A stretch of 64,000 nucleotides of DNA from an uncultured delta proteobacterium. GTDB taxonomy: Bacteria; Myxococcota_A; Polyangia; Fen-1088. The notes beneath the pieces were generated by a model. It did no database searches, was not told the origin of the DNA, and saw only the letters and a program-made list of their open reading frames with translations. Positions 44,474 through 53,541 of this stretch are shown here, one piece after another. Both the position numbers and the translations under genes were made by a program. The stretch covers positions 64,001 to 128,000 of the forward strand of contig CAWCMR010000014.1 in NCBI GenBank assembly GCA_963796685.1, written 5' to 3'. Position 1 is the first letter of the stretch. Each line of letters opens with the position of its first letter.

Positions 44474-44950
44474 CGGCCACTGGCCCGCACGGCTCCAACC
44501 GTGGCGGGACTCTATTCTTGTCTATGGGTGTTCTTGCGGACGGGCACCATGCCCATCACCGGCCCCAGATTCACCCAACTTGCCCATCCCGCAAAGCCCC
44601 CACGCAACCCTGTCTCGAATTCTGCCCCCATCTCAGGCGAACCAACGCTGGCCCACTCCGCGATGCAACCGCCGGTGGATCACGAGACTACGTGAGAGCC
44701 AACAACACGGAACGATCGAGGTTTGCGATGGCGGTGTGCTGGTCATCAAGCCAGCGGTGGAACCGGCGCAAGACGAAACGATAACCTTGATTTGCTCGTA
44801 AAAACCCCGGTTTTCAGAAAGCCTGTCCGGTGGTGCTCTCGTGGAATTTTGGGTGCCCCGGCGTGGATCGAATGTGATCGTCCGGATAGGGTTCGCGCTA
44901 TTCTATGCTTCGGCGCATTCTTGACACGGATTTCGGCCGCAAAGCCGCAG

Positions 44951-46000
44951 TCAGCAGGCGCAGGTCGGAGTTGGATCGACGGCGGCGGCCACAGCTTGGG
45001 CCAGGTGGCCCACGTAGCGTTTGACGTTCAGGGCGAGCACCTTGAGGTGCACCGCCAGGGTGACCCGTGGTCGGCCTCGCACGCGCAGCTCGGCGAAGCC
45101 ATGGCATCGCTTCAACTCCGAGTTCGTGGCCTCGATGCCAGACCGGATCTTGTGCTGCTCCTTGAACTCCGGCGTTACCTGCTCCTGGCGTCGCTGCGCG
45201 ATTGCCACGTCGACGATTCGAAACGCGAAGACGAGCCGGTCACCACGACGCTGGACCGGACACTTGTCGCGAAGCGGGCAGCCATCGCAGCACTCGGCCG
45301 AGAAGATGGCCAGCCTGGTCAGCTTGCCAGGCTGCTCGTGCGCCATCGGCGCTTGCCCCATCGGACAGGTTAGCACCGTCGTCCGCGTCTGGTCGAAGTC
45401 GAAGTCACCGATGTTCGCGGTCTCTTCTGATCTGATGGTCCCTTCGACCCGATCGGCGCTCGCAGATCCGTCCCGCGCTCTTCGGCCCCGACGATGTTCT
45501 CGCCGCCCGCGTAGCCTGCGTCGGCGTATCGCGTTTCAGGCGTCGCCCCGCACGTCCGCGCCACCTGGTCGAGGACCGGCGACCGGCAGCACGTGCTGTT
45601 GGTCGCTCTCGTTGGCACCGTTCACGCTCACCGCGGTCACCACCTCGAACGGGTTGTTCTCGCCGCATGTCTCGACCAGCTGGGCCTCGTAGCCCTTGCC
45701 CTTGTAGCCATACGTCACGTCGGAGTCCGACGGGCTCTGCAGCGACGACGAGGACGGCTTCTCCTGCAGCTCGATCTGGACCGGCGCCTCCGTCGTCGGC
45801 GGTACGCACTGGTCGCGGTAGAGCCGCTGCAACAGAGCGAACGCTTCCATGCCCGAAACGGAGCGATGGTCTGATGCACGCGTAAATGCACCTCGCCAGC
45901 GACGGGACAACGGTGTCAAGGCTCGCGAAGCGACGGCCGAAGGCCGCTTGGCCTTGTCACCGTCGTCCGGCGCTGGCACCAAGAAATCGAAGGCATTCAA
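44951..46000 (-). pseudogene. IS1182-like transposase remnant
   Basis: Three frames: LQSPSDSDVTY..KGYEAQLVETC; ADAGY; CCDGCPLRDKC..RSGIEATNSELKR..LRVRG. N-terminus absent. Confidence 0.8.
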
Positions 46001-46097
46001 CCGCCAATCAATCCATTCTAAACAGCGAGGAGCCCAAAATGGCCATGGGGCCTATTGGGACCTATGGCCATTGCAGTTTCAGGTACTGATGCCGGGG

Positions 46098-47930
46098 CTA
46101 CTTGCAGACGAACGTCGTGACCGTCGCCTTCGGCAGCGAAGCGCTGAACGTGCCGCCGGTTACGGTGACCGCAGTCCCTGCCTTGAGGTCGTCGGTCGAA
46201 GATGTCACGTTCGGCGTGCACGACGCTGGCGCTGTCCCGCCGGAGATGGCGATCGGCACCGTTGCATCAGCGGTGCCCTTGTTGATGGCCACGACGACCA
46301 CGTTGCTCGATCCCGTATAGGCGGAGAGCAAGAGATCCGCGTTGGAATTCCCCGTAATATCCACCCGCTTGTAGCCTGGTCGTACGAACTTGCTGTAATT
46401 ACCAATCGTGTAATGGCGCTTGGTATCGGTTCCGTCCTGCAGCCATATGCCTTCGTTGTCGTTGGTGCCGTTGCTGGACGCGGACATCGGCTGGTACCAC
46501 CAGTAGAGCCAGGCTGACGCATTGCCGGTCACGAGCGCGGAGTGAATCCACCCTGCCACCGCGACGCCGTTGTTGATATCACTGCTCGGCCCCTGTTCCG
46601 CCCACCACTTCACGCCGGACATCTCAGTCTGCCAGACCTCTTTCTTTGCCGCGGTAACATCGCTTGGCCAGGCGTAAGCCTGCTGCGAGTCGTACTCGTG
46701 CACCCCGACGATGTCGAAAGCGGCCCAGGCCGTCGCATCTGCAGCCAGGAAGTGGCCGTAGTCGTATCCTCCGCCCGTCGAGCACTTGCTGGCGCAACCA
46801 GTAGCGGTGAGAGTATTGCCGAAGCAACCGCAGCCCAGCGGGTCCGAGCTGTTCTTGCCCGAAACATCAGGACCGGCCGATACATTGGACCACTGGTGGT
46901 TCCATTCTGATGCTTCCGCTGCAATGACCTTGATGTTCTTTGCTTGGAGCTTGGGGCCTGCCACCTTTACCCAAGCCACAAACTCGGTGGCGGTAAAGGC
47001 CATCGTATCGTAGTCGCCGTTGCACGGGTCGCTCTTGCCACACGACACGAAGTCAGGCTCATTCGCGATGGACATGGCGTACAGGCCGGTGCTCGATGCC
47101 CAGCTGGCTATGGTCGTTGACCACGAATCGTAACAGCTCGATTTCAGGTGTCCGCCGTAGGTGCCGTCGGTATTGGTGCTGTCCCTGCAATTGGCAGGCG
47201 CCATCCAGACCGACCCAATGGCTTTGAAGTCACTGCCCGCAGCGCTCTTCGCTGCGGAGATATTGCTCGACTCCCCGCTGTTATAGGAGTTGCCATCGCT
47301 ACCCATGCCGGTACGCAGAATGGACAAGCCGATCCCGCTCGTCGGGCTGAAGAGTGAGGACGTTTTGGAGGACGGTATGGGTTGCCAATTATCGTTCATG
47401 CCAAACCCTTGGATGGTTTGCTCAGTCTGATCGAGCTGCACCGTCACGCCCGTCGAGGTCGAGCCGCCAGCGCCCGAGTCGACGCCAGAGCTGGTGCCGC
47501 CATCGCCGCTACCGCCGACGGCCGAAGAACCTCCTTTGCCCCCTGTCGAGCTTCCGCCCGCATTGCTCCCGCCAGCACCGCTGCCGCCAGCTGCCGAACC
47601 GCCCTTGCCACCAGCTGCACTTCCGCCAGCGTTGTTACCGCCGGCCTGCGAACCGCTGCTGCCTCCGGTCGCGCTGCCGCCAGCCTGCGAACCACCGGCC
47701 CCGCTCGTTGTTGTACCACCGGAATTGGCGCCGCCGGAGCCGCTGCTGCCACCCTTCGCCGTTGTTCCGCCTTGGCCGTTGCCACCATTGCCGGTGCTTC
47801 CGCCGTTTCCGCCGGCGCCACCTGAGGAGGTGCTGCCGCCCGTTCCCGAGGAGCCCCCGTTGTTAGAGCAGTTCACCATTACCATGGCGAGGACGGCGGG
47901 CCCGACTAGCAGCTGGCACGTGCGACGCAT
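46098..47930 (-). CDS. GH30 glycoside hydrolase (xylanase-like) lipoprotein with Gly-rich linker
   Basis: Signal peptide then C-SNN, QTIQGFG, GLSILR, ANEPD (acid/base), WQTEMS (nucleophile), AWLYWW, GNYSKFVRPG. Confidence 0.88.
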   Translation of the reverse strand: MRRTCQLLVGPAVLAMVMVNCSNNGGSSGTGGSTSSGGAGGNGGSTGNGGNGQGGTTAKGGSSGSGGANSGGTTTSGAGGSQAGGSATGGSSGSQAGGNNAGGSAAGGKGGSAAGGSGAGGSNAGGSSTGGKGGSSAVGGSGDGGTSSGVDSGAGGSTSTGVTVQLDQTEQTIQGFGMNDNWQPIPSSKTSSLFSPTSGIGLSILRTGMGSDGNSYNSGESSNISAAKSAAGSDFKAIGSVWMAPANCRDSTNTDGTYGGHLKSSCYDSWSTTIASWASSTGLYAMSIANEPDFVSCGKSDPCNGDYDTMAFTATEFVAWVKVAGPKLQAKNIKVIAAEASEWNHQWSNVSAGPDVSGKNSSDPLGCGCFGNTLTATGCASKCSTGGGYDYGHFLAADATAWAAFDIVGVHEYDSQQAYAWPSDVTAAKKEVWQTEMSGVKWWAEQGPSSDINNGVAVAGWIHSALVTGNASAWLYWWYQPMSASSNGTNDNEGIWLQDGTDTKRHYTIGNYSKFVRPGYKRVDITGNSNADLLLSAYTGSSNVVVVAINKGTADATVPIAISGGTAPASCTPNVTSSTDDLKAGTAVTVTGGTFSASLPKATVTTFVCK

Positions 47931-48289
47931 AGATTCCGACACAAAATTGCCTGTTCGCATGCGCGAAGTTTGGGCCAGAAGGCAATGCGGAGTCAAGAGA
48001 TCATGCGAGCTCAAGAGTGCGCATAAAATTACTATGATCTCCGTGCTTTTGGCAGGGATGGCGCGTTGCGGATCACCCTCTCGGAGCGTAAGAACAAACC
48101 GTCAAGAAATGGGAAGTGGCATCCAGAAATGCGAAAAATGCGTTGCGCACGGGCAAGGTGAGAAAAAATCGAAACTAACTTATGAAAACGCGATCTGAGA
48201 TCGCCCTAATGGGCATATAAACAGCGCAGTCGGTATGTCGCGCGCGGTGAAGCCACGGGCGAGCGGATGTTCTAAATAAGGATAGTGCA

Positions 48290-50215
48290 ATGAACACAGC
48301 ACGGAAATCGATCACCAGCGTCGGAATCGCGGTCCTCTTCGCGGCTTGCAGCTCAGGCGGGGGCCAGGGCGGGGGCTCTGGCGGCAGCCAGAGCGGCGGC
48401 TCGGGCGGAAACGAGAGCGGGGGCTCGGGCGGTAGCCAGAGCGGGGGCTCGGGCGGCAGCCAGAGCGGGGGCACGAGTGGCAGCCAGAGCGGTGGCTCGG
48501 GTGGCAGCCAGAGCGGGGGCTCGGGCGGCAAGGGGAGCGGTGGCTCGGGCGGTAGCCAGAGCGGGGGCTCGGGCGGCAACGCGAGCGGTGGCACCACTGC
48601 GAAGGGCGGAACGAGCGGCGGCGGCGCGGGCGGCAGTGCAGCCGGCGGCACGACGAGTAGCACGGGTGGCTCCAGCACGCCGAGCGGCGGCACGACCGGC
48701 CCGGGTGGCAGTCAAAGCGGTGGCGCGACAGGCGCGGGTGGTGATTCGTCGCCCGGTAGCGGCGGGACCACAACCCCCTCGACGGTCCTTGTAACGTCTG
48801 CTAGCGGCGCCTACTGGAAGACCGGTACATGGACCGAGGTGACCAGCGGGAGCGCCACGGTTACGGTCAATGATACCTCGACCGCGCAGAACTGGGAAGG
48901 CTTCGGCGGCGCCTTCAACGAATTGGGGTGGACCGTTCTGACCTCGGCCACCATGCAGACTCAGGCCTTGACCTTGCTCTTCAGCCCCACCGATGGTGCA
49001 AACTTCACCATGGGGCGAATCCCGATGGGAGCGAGCGACTACGCCACCAGTCGCTACACCGACGACGACGGTTCGTGGACCGACGTCAATGCCAGCAGCG
49101 GCACGCGCCAGCCTGCGGACACGTCCATGGCAAATTTCTCGATCGATAGAGACAAAAAGAATCTGATCCCCTACATCAAAGCGGCGATGGCGATCAAATC
49201 CGATATTCGTTTCTGGGCCAGTCCGTGGACGCCACCGGTGTGGATGAAGAGCGGGTACAATTCCAACCAAGCTGGCAGCATGTCCGGCTGGAAGCCGTCA
49301 TTCTACGATGGCGGCAACATGAGCAGCGACTCTGGAACCTTGACGGCCTACGCCCAGTACTACACGAAGTTCGTGCAAGGGTACAAGGATCAGGGCATCA
49401 ACATCGAGCTCGTCTCGCCCCAGAACGAGCCAGGTTATGAGCAGAACTACCCGTCGTGCCTCTGGGACAAGACCACCTACGTCAGCTGGGTCAAGACTCT
49501 CGGGCAGGCCATGAGCAGCATCGGCGTCAAGGTCATGCTGGGTACGCTGTCGAATAATGGCGACACTGTTGAAGGCGTCAAGAGGACAGACCTTGACATC
49601 GCGTCTGCAGTGCTAGCCGATAGCACCGCGAAGGGCTTGGTCACGGTCGTCGGCGTCCAATGGGGCATACTCGACGCGGTGAACAAAGGTCAGACGTTCC
49701 AAGGGCTGCCCGTCTGGGCCACCGAGCACAAGTGCGGCAACTATCCGTGGAATCCCTCTGGCTCTCCTACGTACAACAGCACCCAGGCGCCCAACGATCA
49801 GGCGTACGGGGTGGAGAGCTGGGGCTACATCCGAGACGCGATCACAAAGGGAAAAGTGACGGCCTACAACGCCTGGAACATGGTCCTCGACAAGTCCGGC
49901 CTGGGCATCGACACGTCTCGTGATTGGAAACAGGATGCGTTGTTGGTGGCGAATTCGGGAAGTGTTACCGCAACGCCCGCCTACTATGTCTTCCGTCACG
50001 TCTCGCAGTACGTGCAGCCCGGCGCCACCGTGGTTGGCACCTCCGGCGGCGATGCAGTCGCCTTCAAGAACCCGGACAACAGCCTGGTTGCGGTCGTCTA
50101 CAACTCTGGCGCCGAGAACAAGAGCTTCATCGTCAAGATTGGTGGCAAGATGCTCCAGTTCGACATGCCCGGTGACAGCAAGGGCGCCTGGGCCACCATC
50201 AAGTACGGCCCGTAA
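48290..50215 (+). CDS. GH30 glycoside hydrolase (beta-1,6-glucanase/glucosylceramidase-like) lipoprotein
   Basis: FAA-C lipobox, GGSQSGGS repeats, EGFGGAFNE, RIPMGASD, ASPWTPPVWMK, QNEP, WATE, WNMVLD, AFKNPD. Confidence 0.9.
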   Translation: MNTARKSITSVGIAVLFAACSSGGGQGGGSGGSQSGGSGGNESGGSGGSQSGGSGGSQSGGTSGSQSGGSGGSQSGGSGGKGSGGSGGSQSGGSGGNASGGTTAKGGTSGGGAGGSAAGGTTSSTGGSSTPSGGTTGPGGSQSGGATGAGGDSSPGSGGTTTPSTVLVTSASGAYWKTGTWTEVTSGSATVTVNDTSTAQNWEGFGGAFNELGWTVLTSATMQTQALTLLFSPTDGANFTMGRIPMGASDYATSRYTDDDGSWTDVNASSGTRQPADTSMANFSIDRDKKNLIPYIKAAMAIKSDIRFWASPWTPPVWMKSGYNSNQAGSMSGWKPSFYDGGNMSSDSGTLTAYAQYYTKFVQGYKDQGINIELVSPQNEPGYEQNYPSCLWDKTTYVSWVKTLGQAMSSIGVKVMLGTLSNNGDTVEGVKRTDLDIASAVLADSTAKGLVTVVGVQWGILDAVNKGQTFQGLPVWATEHKCGNYPWNPSGSPTYNSTQAPNDQAYGVESWGYIRDAITKGKVTAYNAWNMVLDKSGLGIDTSRDWKQDALLVANSGSVTATPAYYVFRHVSQYVQPGATVVGTSGGDAVAFKNPDNSLVAVVYNSGAENKSFIVKIGGKMLQFDMPGDSKGAWATIKYGP

Positions 50216-50242
50216 CTGCGTAGCGACTCTCCCAACTGAGGG

Positions 50243-52573
50243 TCACTTCGATGAAGACGCCCAGCCCACCCCGGCTGGGCGTTTCGCTTTTCTCACGGTC
50301 GATTTGTGCGGAGGCATTCCGCCTGATTGCCACTCACGCCCTCTGGAGACACTCGACCTCGCATACCTGACGCGGCAGCGATGTGAACTTCCGCCTTTCC
50401 TTTGCTGCCTACCACGTCCCCTGTTCGAGCGCGCTGTGCGCATTTCCAGGCCCTGCGTCCGTAGTTCGGTTGCCGATATCATGAGCGGAGAAGAAAGAAT
50501 GCAGCAGAGCCAGAAGGTACCCAGGTCCTGGGTGGTCCAACTTCCCGATACCCCGGTGCGATAGACATGTGCGATCGTTCCGGTTGAGGTCAAAATGACA
50601 ATGTGAAGCGTATTGTCTGCGGTGACCACGCAGTCCGGTGACGACGCTGGGACCGAATTGCCTGACAGCTCCCAGGCTGAGAATGTGGTTTGGTCGACCG
50701 AGGCTGTCGTCCAGTCGGTCTGGGAATAGGCGACATACAGCTTCCCGCCTGCGACCGCCGCAGTGTACCGCCTGTAATCGCTCGTCGTCGGGTCGCTATG
50801 GTTGCACAAAGTCGGTGAGTAGCTATACGTTGCTGATGCTGGTGGGAGCCAATACGTATTCGGTTGCCAGCCCGATCCGAACCCCGAAGTGTGGTCAAAA
50901 TAGACCATCCCATTGCCGGTAAAGGCCACCATCTCGGCATGGTTAGGATTATCGCCATTTCCTTGCTGATATGCGATATCCGGCGCAGACGTCAGTGCGT
51001 AGTCCACCGTGGGAGTGTAGCCGCCATACGTGGTGCCATCGAAGGTAACCCAGCTTGGCATTCCAGACGCCGGCACGGCTGCCATCTGGTACGTAACATC
51101 GGTACTGTTGGGCCAAGCGGCAATGGACACGCCGATGTAACCGAAGGTCGAAGGGCTATTCGTGGACAGCTCTCGAGTGAACGCGTTGTAGCTCGTGCCA
51201 AATCCAGTGGCATGCATGTACGAGCCTGTTGGGCTTGCCCCGGATGCCACGATGTGAACCGTGTTCGAATTGCTGCTGCAGTCCAAATCCGAACGAGCGT
51301 CGAGCTTTGTGGCATCGAGAGCCGGGATGCTTGCCCAGGAGCCAGAGCTGCTGCCGCTGATGACCCGACGATAGATCTTCTGACCACTGCTAGCGAAAAC
51401 CTCGACGCTTGACAAATCGGGACTCGTAGCGCATGGCCCGCTGATAAACGCATTCTTGGCACAGGTTCCACTTCCACCCGAGCACCCGTTCCCGGTCACG
51501 CAGTCGGCGTCAGTTGTACAAGATGTCTTGCACGCGGTGGTGGATGCACAGACAAGATTGCCAGCACAAGATGTGGTCGTGCCTGGCAGGCAGGCGCCGG
51601 CACTACAAGCACCTTGCGGCACAAGAGTCGTTCCCGTCGGCTGCGACTGCGTGTTCGTCAGGGTCGTACAGCTACCCACTCCACAGGGCGTCGTTGGCCA
51701 TGTGCACTGACCGTTCGCCGCACCGGTGCAGCTGCCGCTGCAATCAGAGCTGGTGCCTGTGCAACTCCCATGTCCCGCATGGGGTGCACCAGTCACAGGC
51801 TTGCAGGCGCCAGTTTCGCACGACTCGCACGTGCCAGCGCACGCACGATCACAACAGTGTCCATCCGATGAGCATGACAACCCTGATGCGCAGGTTGCGG
51901 AGGACTGACAGGTCTGGCCCGGAGCGCCCGTACCTCCGCTTCCGCCAGATTCGCCACCGGTGCCGTTTCCACCAGATCCGCTTCCACCAGATCCGCCACC
52001 GGTGCCGCTTCCGCCAGATCCGCCACCGGTGCCGCTTCCGCCAGATCCGCCACCGGTGCCACCAAGGGGCGCATCGAGGGCGTCGGCATTGGGTGCGTCG
52101 ATCGGACCAGCTCCGCCGGTGCCGGGTACGCCCCCAGCGCCCGCCTCGGAAGACGTCGTCGGAGGACCATCGAGCGGCACGTCGGCCATCAAGTCGATGC
52201 TGCCATCCCATCCCCAAGCCCCGCCCGTCCCTTGCCCGCTGTCCATCGAGGCCACGCCTCCCGTGCCAAGACCGGTTTCTCGAATCGCGATGTCGTGGCC
52301 TGCTTGGGAATCGAGCGCAGTGGCATCCAGGCCACCGGAAGGGGGTGGAACCTTGCAGGTCTTGCCGTCCGTCGACTCACAGCAAATGTCGTTCGCTCCG
52401 CAAACGGAGCCCCACGGACAGCTCTTGTCATCTTTGCAGTGGTAGGTTTGGGTAGGATCGATCTTCGGGTCGTTGAAACACCCGAAGCTGAGAATGGAAA
52501 GCAGGGCGGCCAATGCCAGCCCCAGGCGATCCCGGCTGCAAGACGACTGTGAGGAAGATGACGAGAAAGACAT
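50243..52573 (-). CDS. Cys-rich, Gly-linker lipoprotein with beta-rich C-terminal domain
   Basis: ATG overlaps the upstream TGA, SFG-C lipobox, CCDRAC.G.CESC motif. Likely natural end near 50513 (..QDLGTF). Confidence 0.7.
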   Translation of the reverse strand: MSFSSSSSQSSCSRDRLGLALAALLSILSFGCFNDPKIDPTQTYHCKDDKSCPWGSVCGANDICCESTDGKTCKVPPPSGGLDATALDSQAGHDIAIRETGLGTGGVASMDSGQGTGGAWGWDGSIDLMADVPLDGPPTTSSEAGAGGVPGTGGAGPIDAPNADALDAPLGGTGGGSGGSGTGGGSGGSGTGGGSGGSGSGGNGTGGESGGSGGTGAPGQTCQSSATCASGLSCSSDGHCCDRACAGTCESCETGACKPVTGAPHAGHGSCTGTSSDCSGSCTGAANGQCTWPTTPCGVGSCTTLTNTQSQPTGTTLVPQGACSAGACLPGTTTSCAGNLVCASTTACKTSCTTDADCVTGNGCSGGSGTCAKNAFISGPCATSPDLSSVEVFASSGQKIYRRVISGSSSGSWASIPALDATKLDARSDLDCSSNSNTVHIVASGASPTGSYMHATGFGTSYNAFTRELSTNSPSTFGYIGVSIAAWPNSTDVTYQMAAVPASGMPSWVTFDGTTYGGYTPTVDYALTSAPDIAYQQGNGDNPNHAEMVAFTGNGMVYFDHTSGFGSGWQPNTYWLPPASATYSYSPTLCNHSDPTTSDYRRYTAAVAGGKLYVAYSQTDWTTASVDQTTFSAWELSGNSVPASSPDCVVTADNTLHIVILTSTGTIAHVYRTGVSGSWTTQDLGTFWLCCILSSPLMISATELRTQGLEMRTARSNRGRGRQQRKGGSSHRCRVRYARSSVSRGREWQSGGMPPHKSTVRKAKRPAGVGWASSSK
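50257..50292 (+). terminator. Intrinsic terminator
   Basis: ACGCCCAGCC/GGCTGGGCGT stem followed by TTCGCTTTT. Confidence 0.75.
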
Positions 52574-53379
52574 CAGAACGCTCCTGTCAGCACGGCACCT
52601 GCAGTGCCAGGCGCAACGGTTGGTACCAGGGCAACGCTGGACATTGAATCTCGGCCGGAATGCCAACCGAGATAGTAGAGCAATGACCCACCGGCCAGGC
52701 AGGCCGCGCCCGCGCCGTAGCTGACCCAACCGAGGGTCTTGTAGCTCTTGCGTGAGGTATCGGTGTCGCGGTTGAAGTTGTCGGGTTTCTGGAGATCGCT
52801 CGTCATGCTGTTGACCTTGAGGTTCAAGATCACGCCGGTGAGCAACGCGGCGGCACCGACGGAAGCCACCGTGATGCCAGCGATGCGCAGTCCCGAGCCC
52901 GTCTTGCCCTCGATTTGCCCTGGTTGCCGCGCCACGACCCCGGCCTCCGGCGAGATAGGGACCTGGATAGGCTGCGCTTGCGCGACGGGGGTCGAAACGA
53001 CGGCAGGAGGCGGCGAAACGACGGTAGGGGGAGGCTCGCTCTTGGGGAGATATGATTCGCAGGCCTCGATGCGCTTTTGCGCCACCGCCTTTTCTTCAGG
53101 CGTGAGCTTTTCCCCCTTGACCAGGTATTCGCGGAATCGGGCGATGGCATCCTCGTATTTGCGGTTCTGCTCGAAGCATCGTCCCTGGTTGAAGATATAG
53201 GTGATGTCGTTCGTGTCGACATAGAGCTCGGCCAGGAGGTCCACGCCTTTGGCCGGATCGCCGGACAGGCAGGCTTTCTTGGCCATGCGCTCCTTGGCTT
53301 GTCTGCTGGCCGCAGAAGCGGGCTCCGGCAACGACACCAGAATCGCGAGTATCACCAACAACATCCCTAGGCAACGCAT
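52573..53379 (-). CDS. Secreted TPR protein with C-terminal hydrophobic hairpin (myxobacterial type)
   Basis: Signal peptide, YIFNQGRCFEQ..YEDAIARFREYL, Pro-rich linker, GLRIAGI..G..F C-terminus. Confidence 0.8.
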   Translation of the reverse strand: MRCLGMLLVILAILVSLPEPASAASRQAKERMAKKACLSGDPAKGVDLLAELYVDTNDITYIFNQGRCFEQNRKYEDAIARFREYLVKGEKLTPEEKAVAQKRIEACESYLPKSEPPPTVVSPPPAVVSTPVAQAQPIQVPISPEAGVVARQPGQIEGKTGSGLRIAGITVASVGAAALLTGVILNLKVNSMTSDLQKPDNFNRDTDTSRKSYKTLGWVSYGAGAACLAGGSLLYYLGWHSGRDSMSSVALVPTVAPGTAGAVLTGAF

Positions 53380-53434
53380 GGTCTTGACCTCATCTTGAAT
53401 ATTCTCGTCGCTTCACGGTCCGCGAATTTGTCGC

Positions 53435-53463
53435 AGCATGAACAGAAATGGCGCGCAAGTCAA
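53435..53463 (-). promoter_or_regulatory. Sigma70-like promoter, copy 2 of the duplicated leader
   Basis: TTGACT-N17-CATGCT, with a GAGG RBS before ATG 53379. Confidence 0.55.
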
Positions 53464-53541
53464 ACAGCGGAGACCGCCGGTGACTCGCAACGATGTCGCG
53501 GGATCGCGGTACGTCGTCCCTCGGTGGCTCCATCCGGTGTC

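Larger units (their letters stand above)
41306..44704 (-). mobile_element. Four-gene DDE/ExeA-ATPase transposon with TGT..ACA ends
   Basis: 18-bp IR TGTTGTTTCTCACGTAGT vs TGTTGGCTCTCACGTAGT. 5-bp TSD ACACG at 41301-41305 and 44705-44709. Confidence 0.9.

Noticed and set aside
47931-48289. AT-rich divergent intergenic region with a LacI-like half-site (TGAAAACG)
   Set aside because: Probably holds promoters, but I could not support a full palindrome or clear -35/-10 pair.
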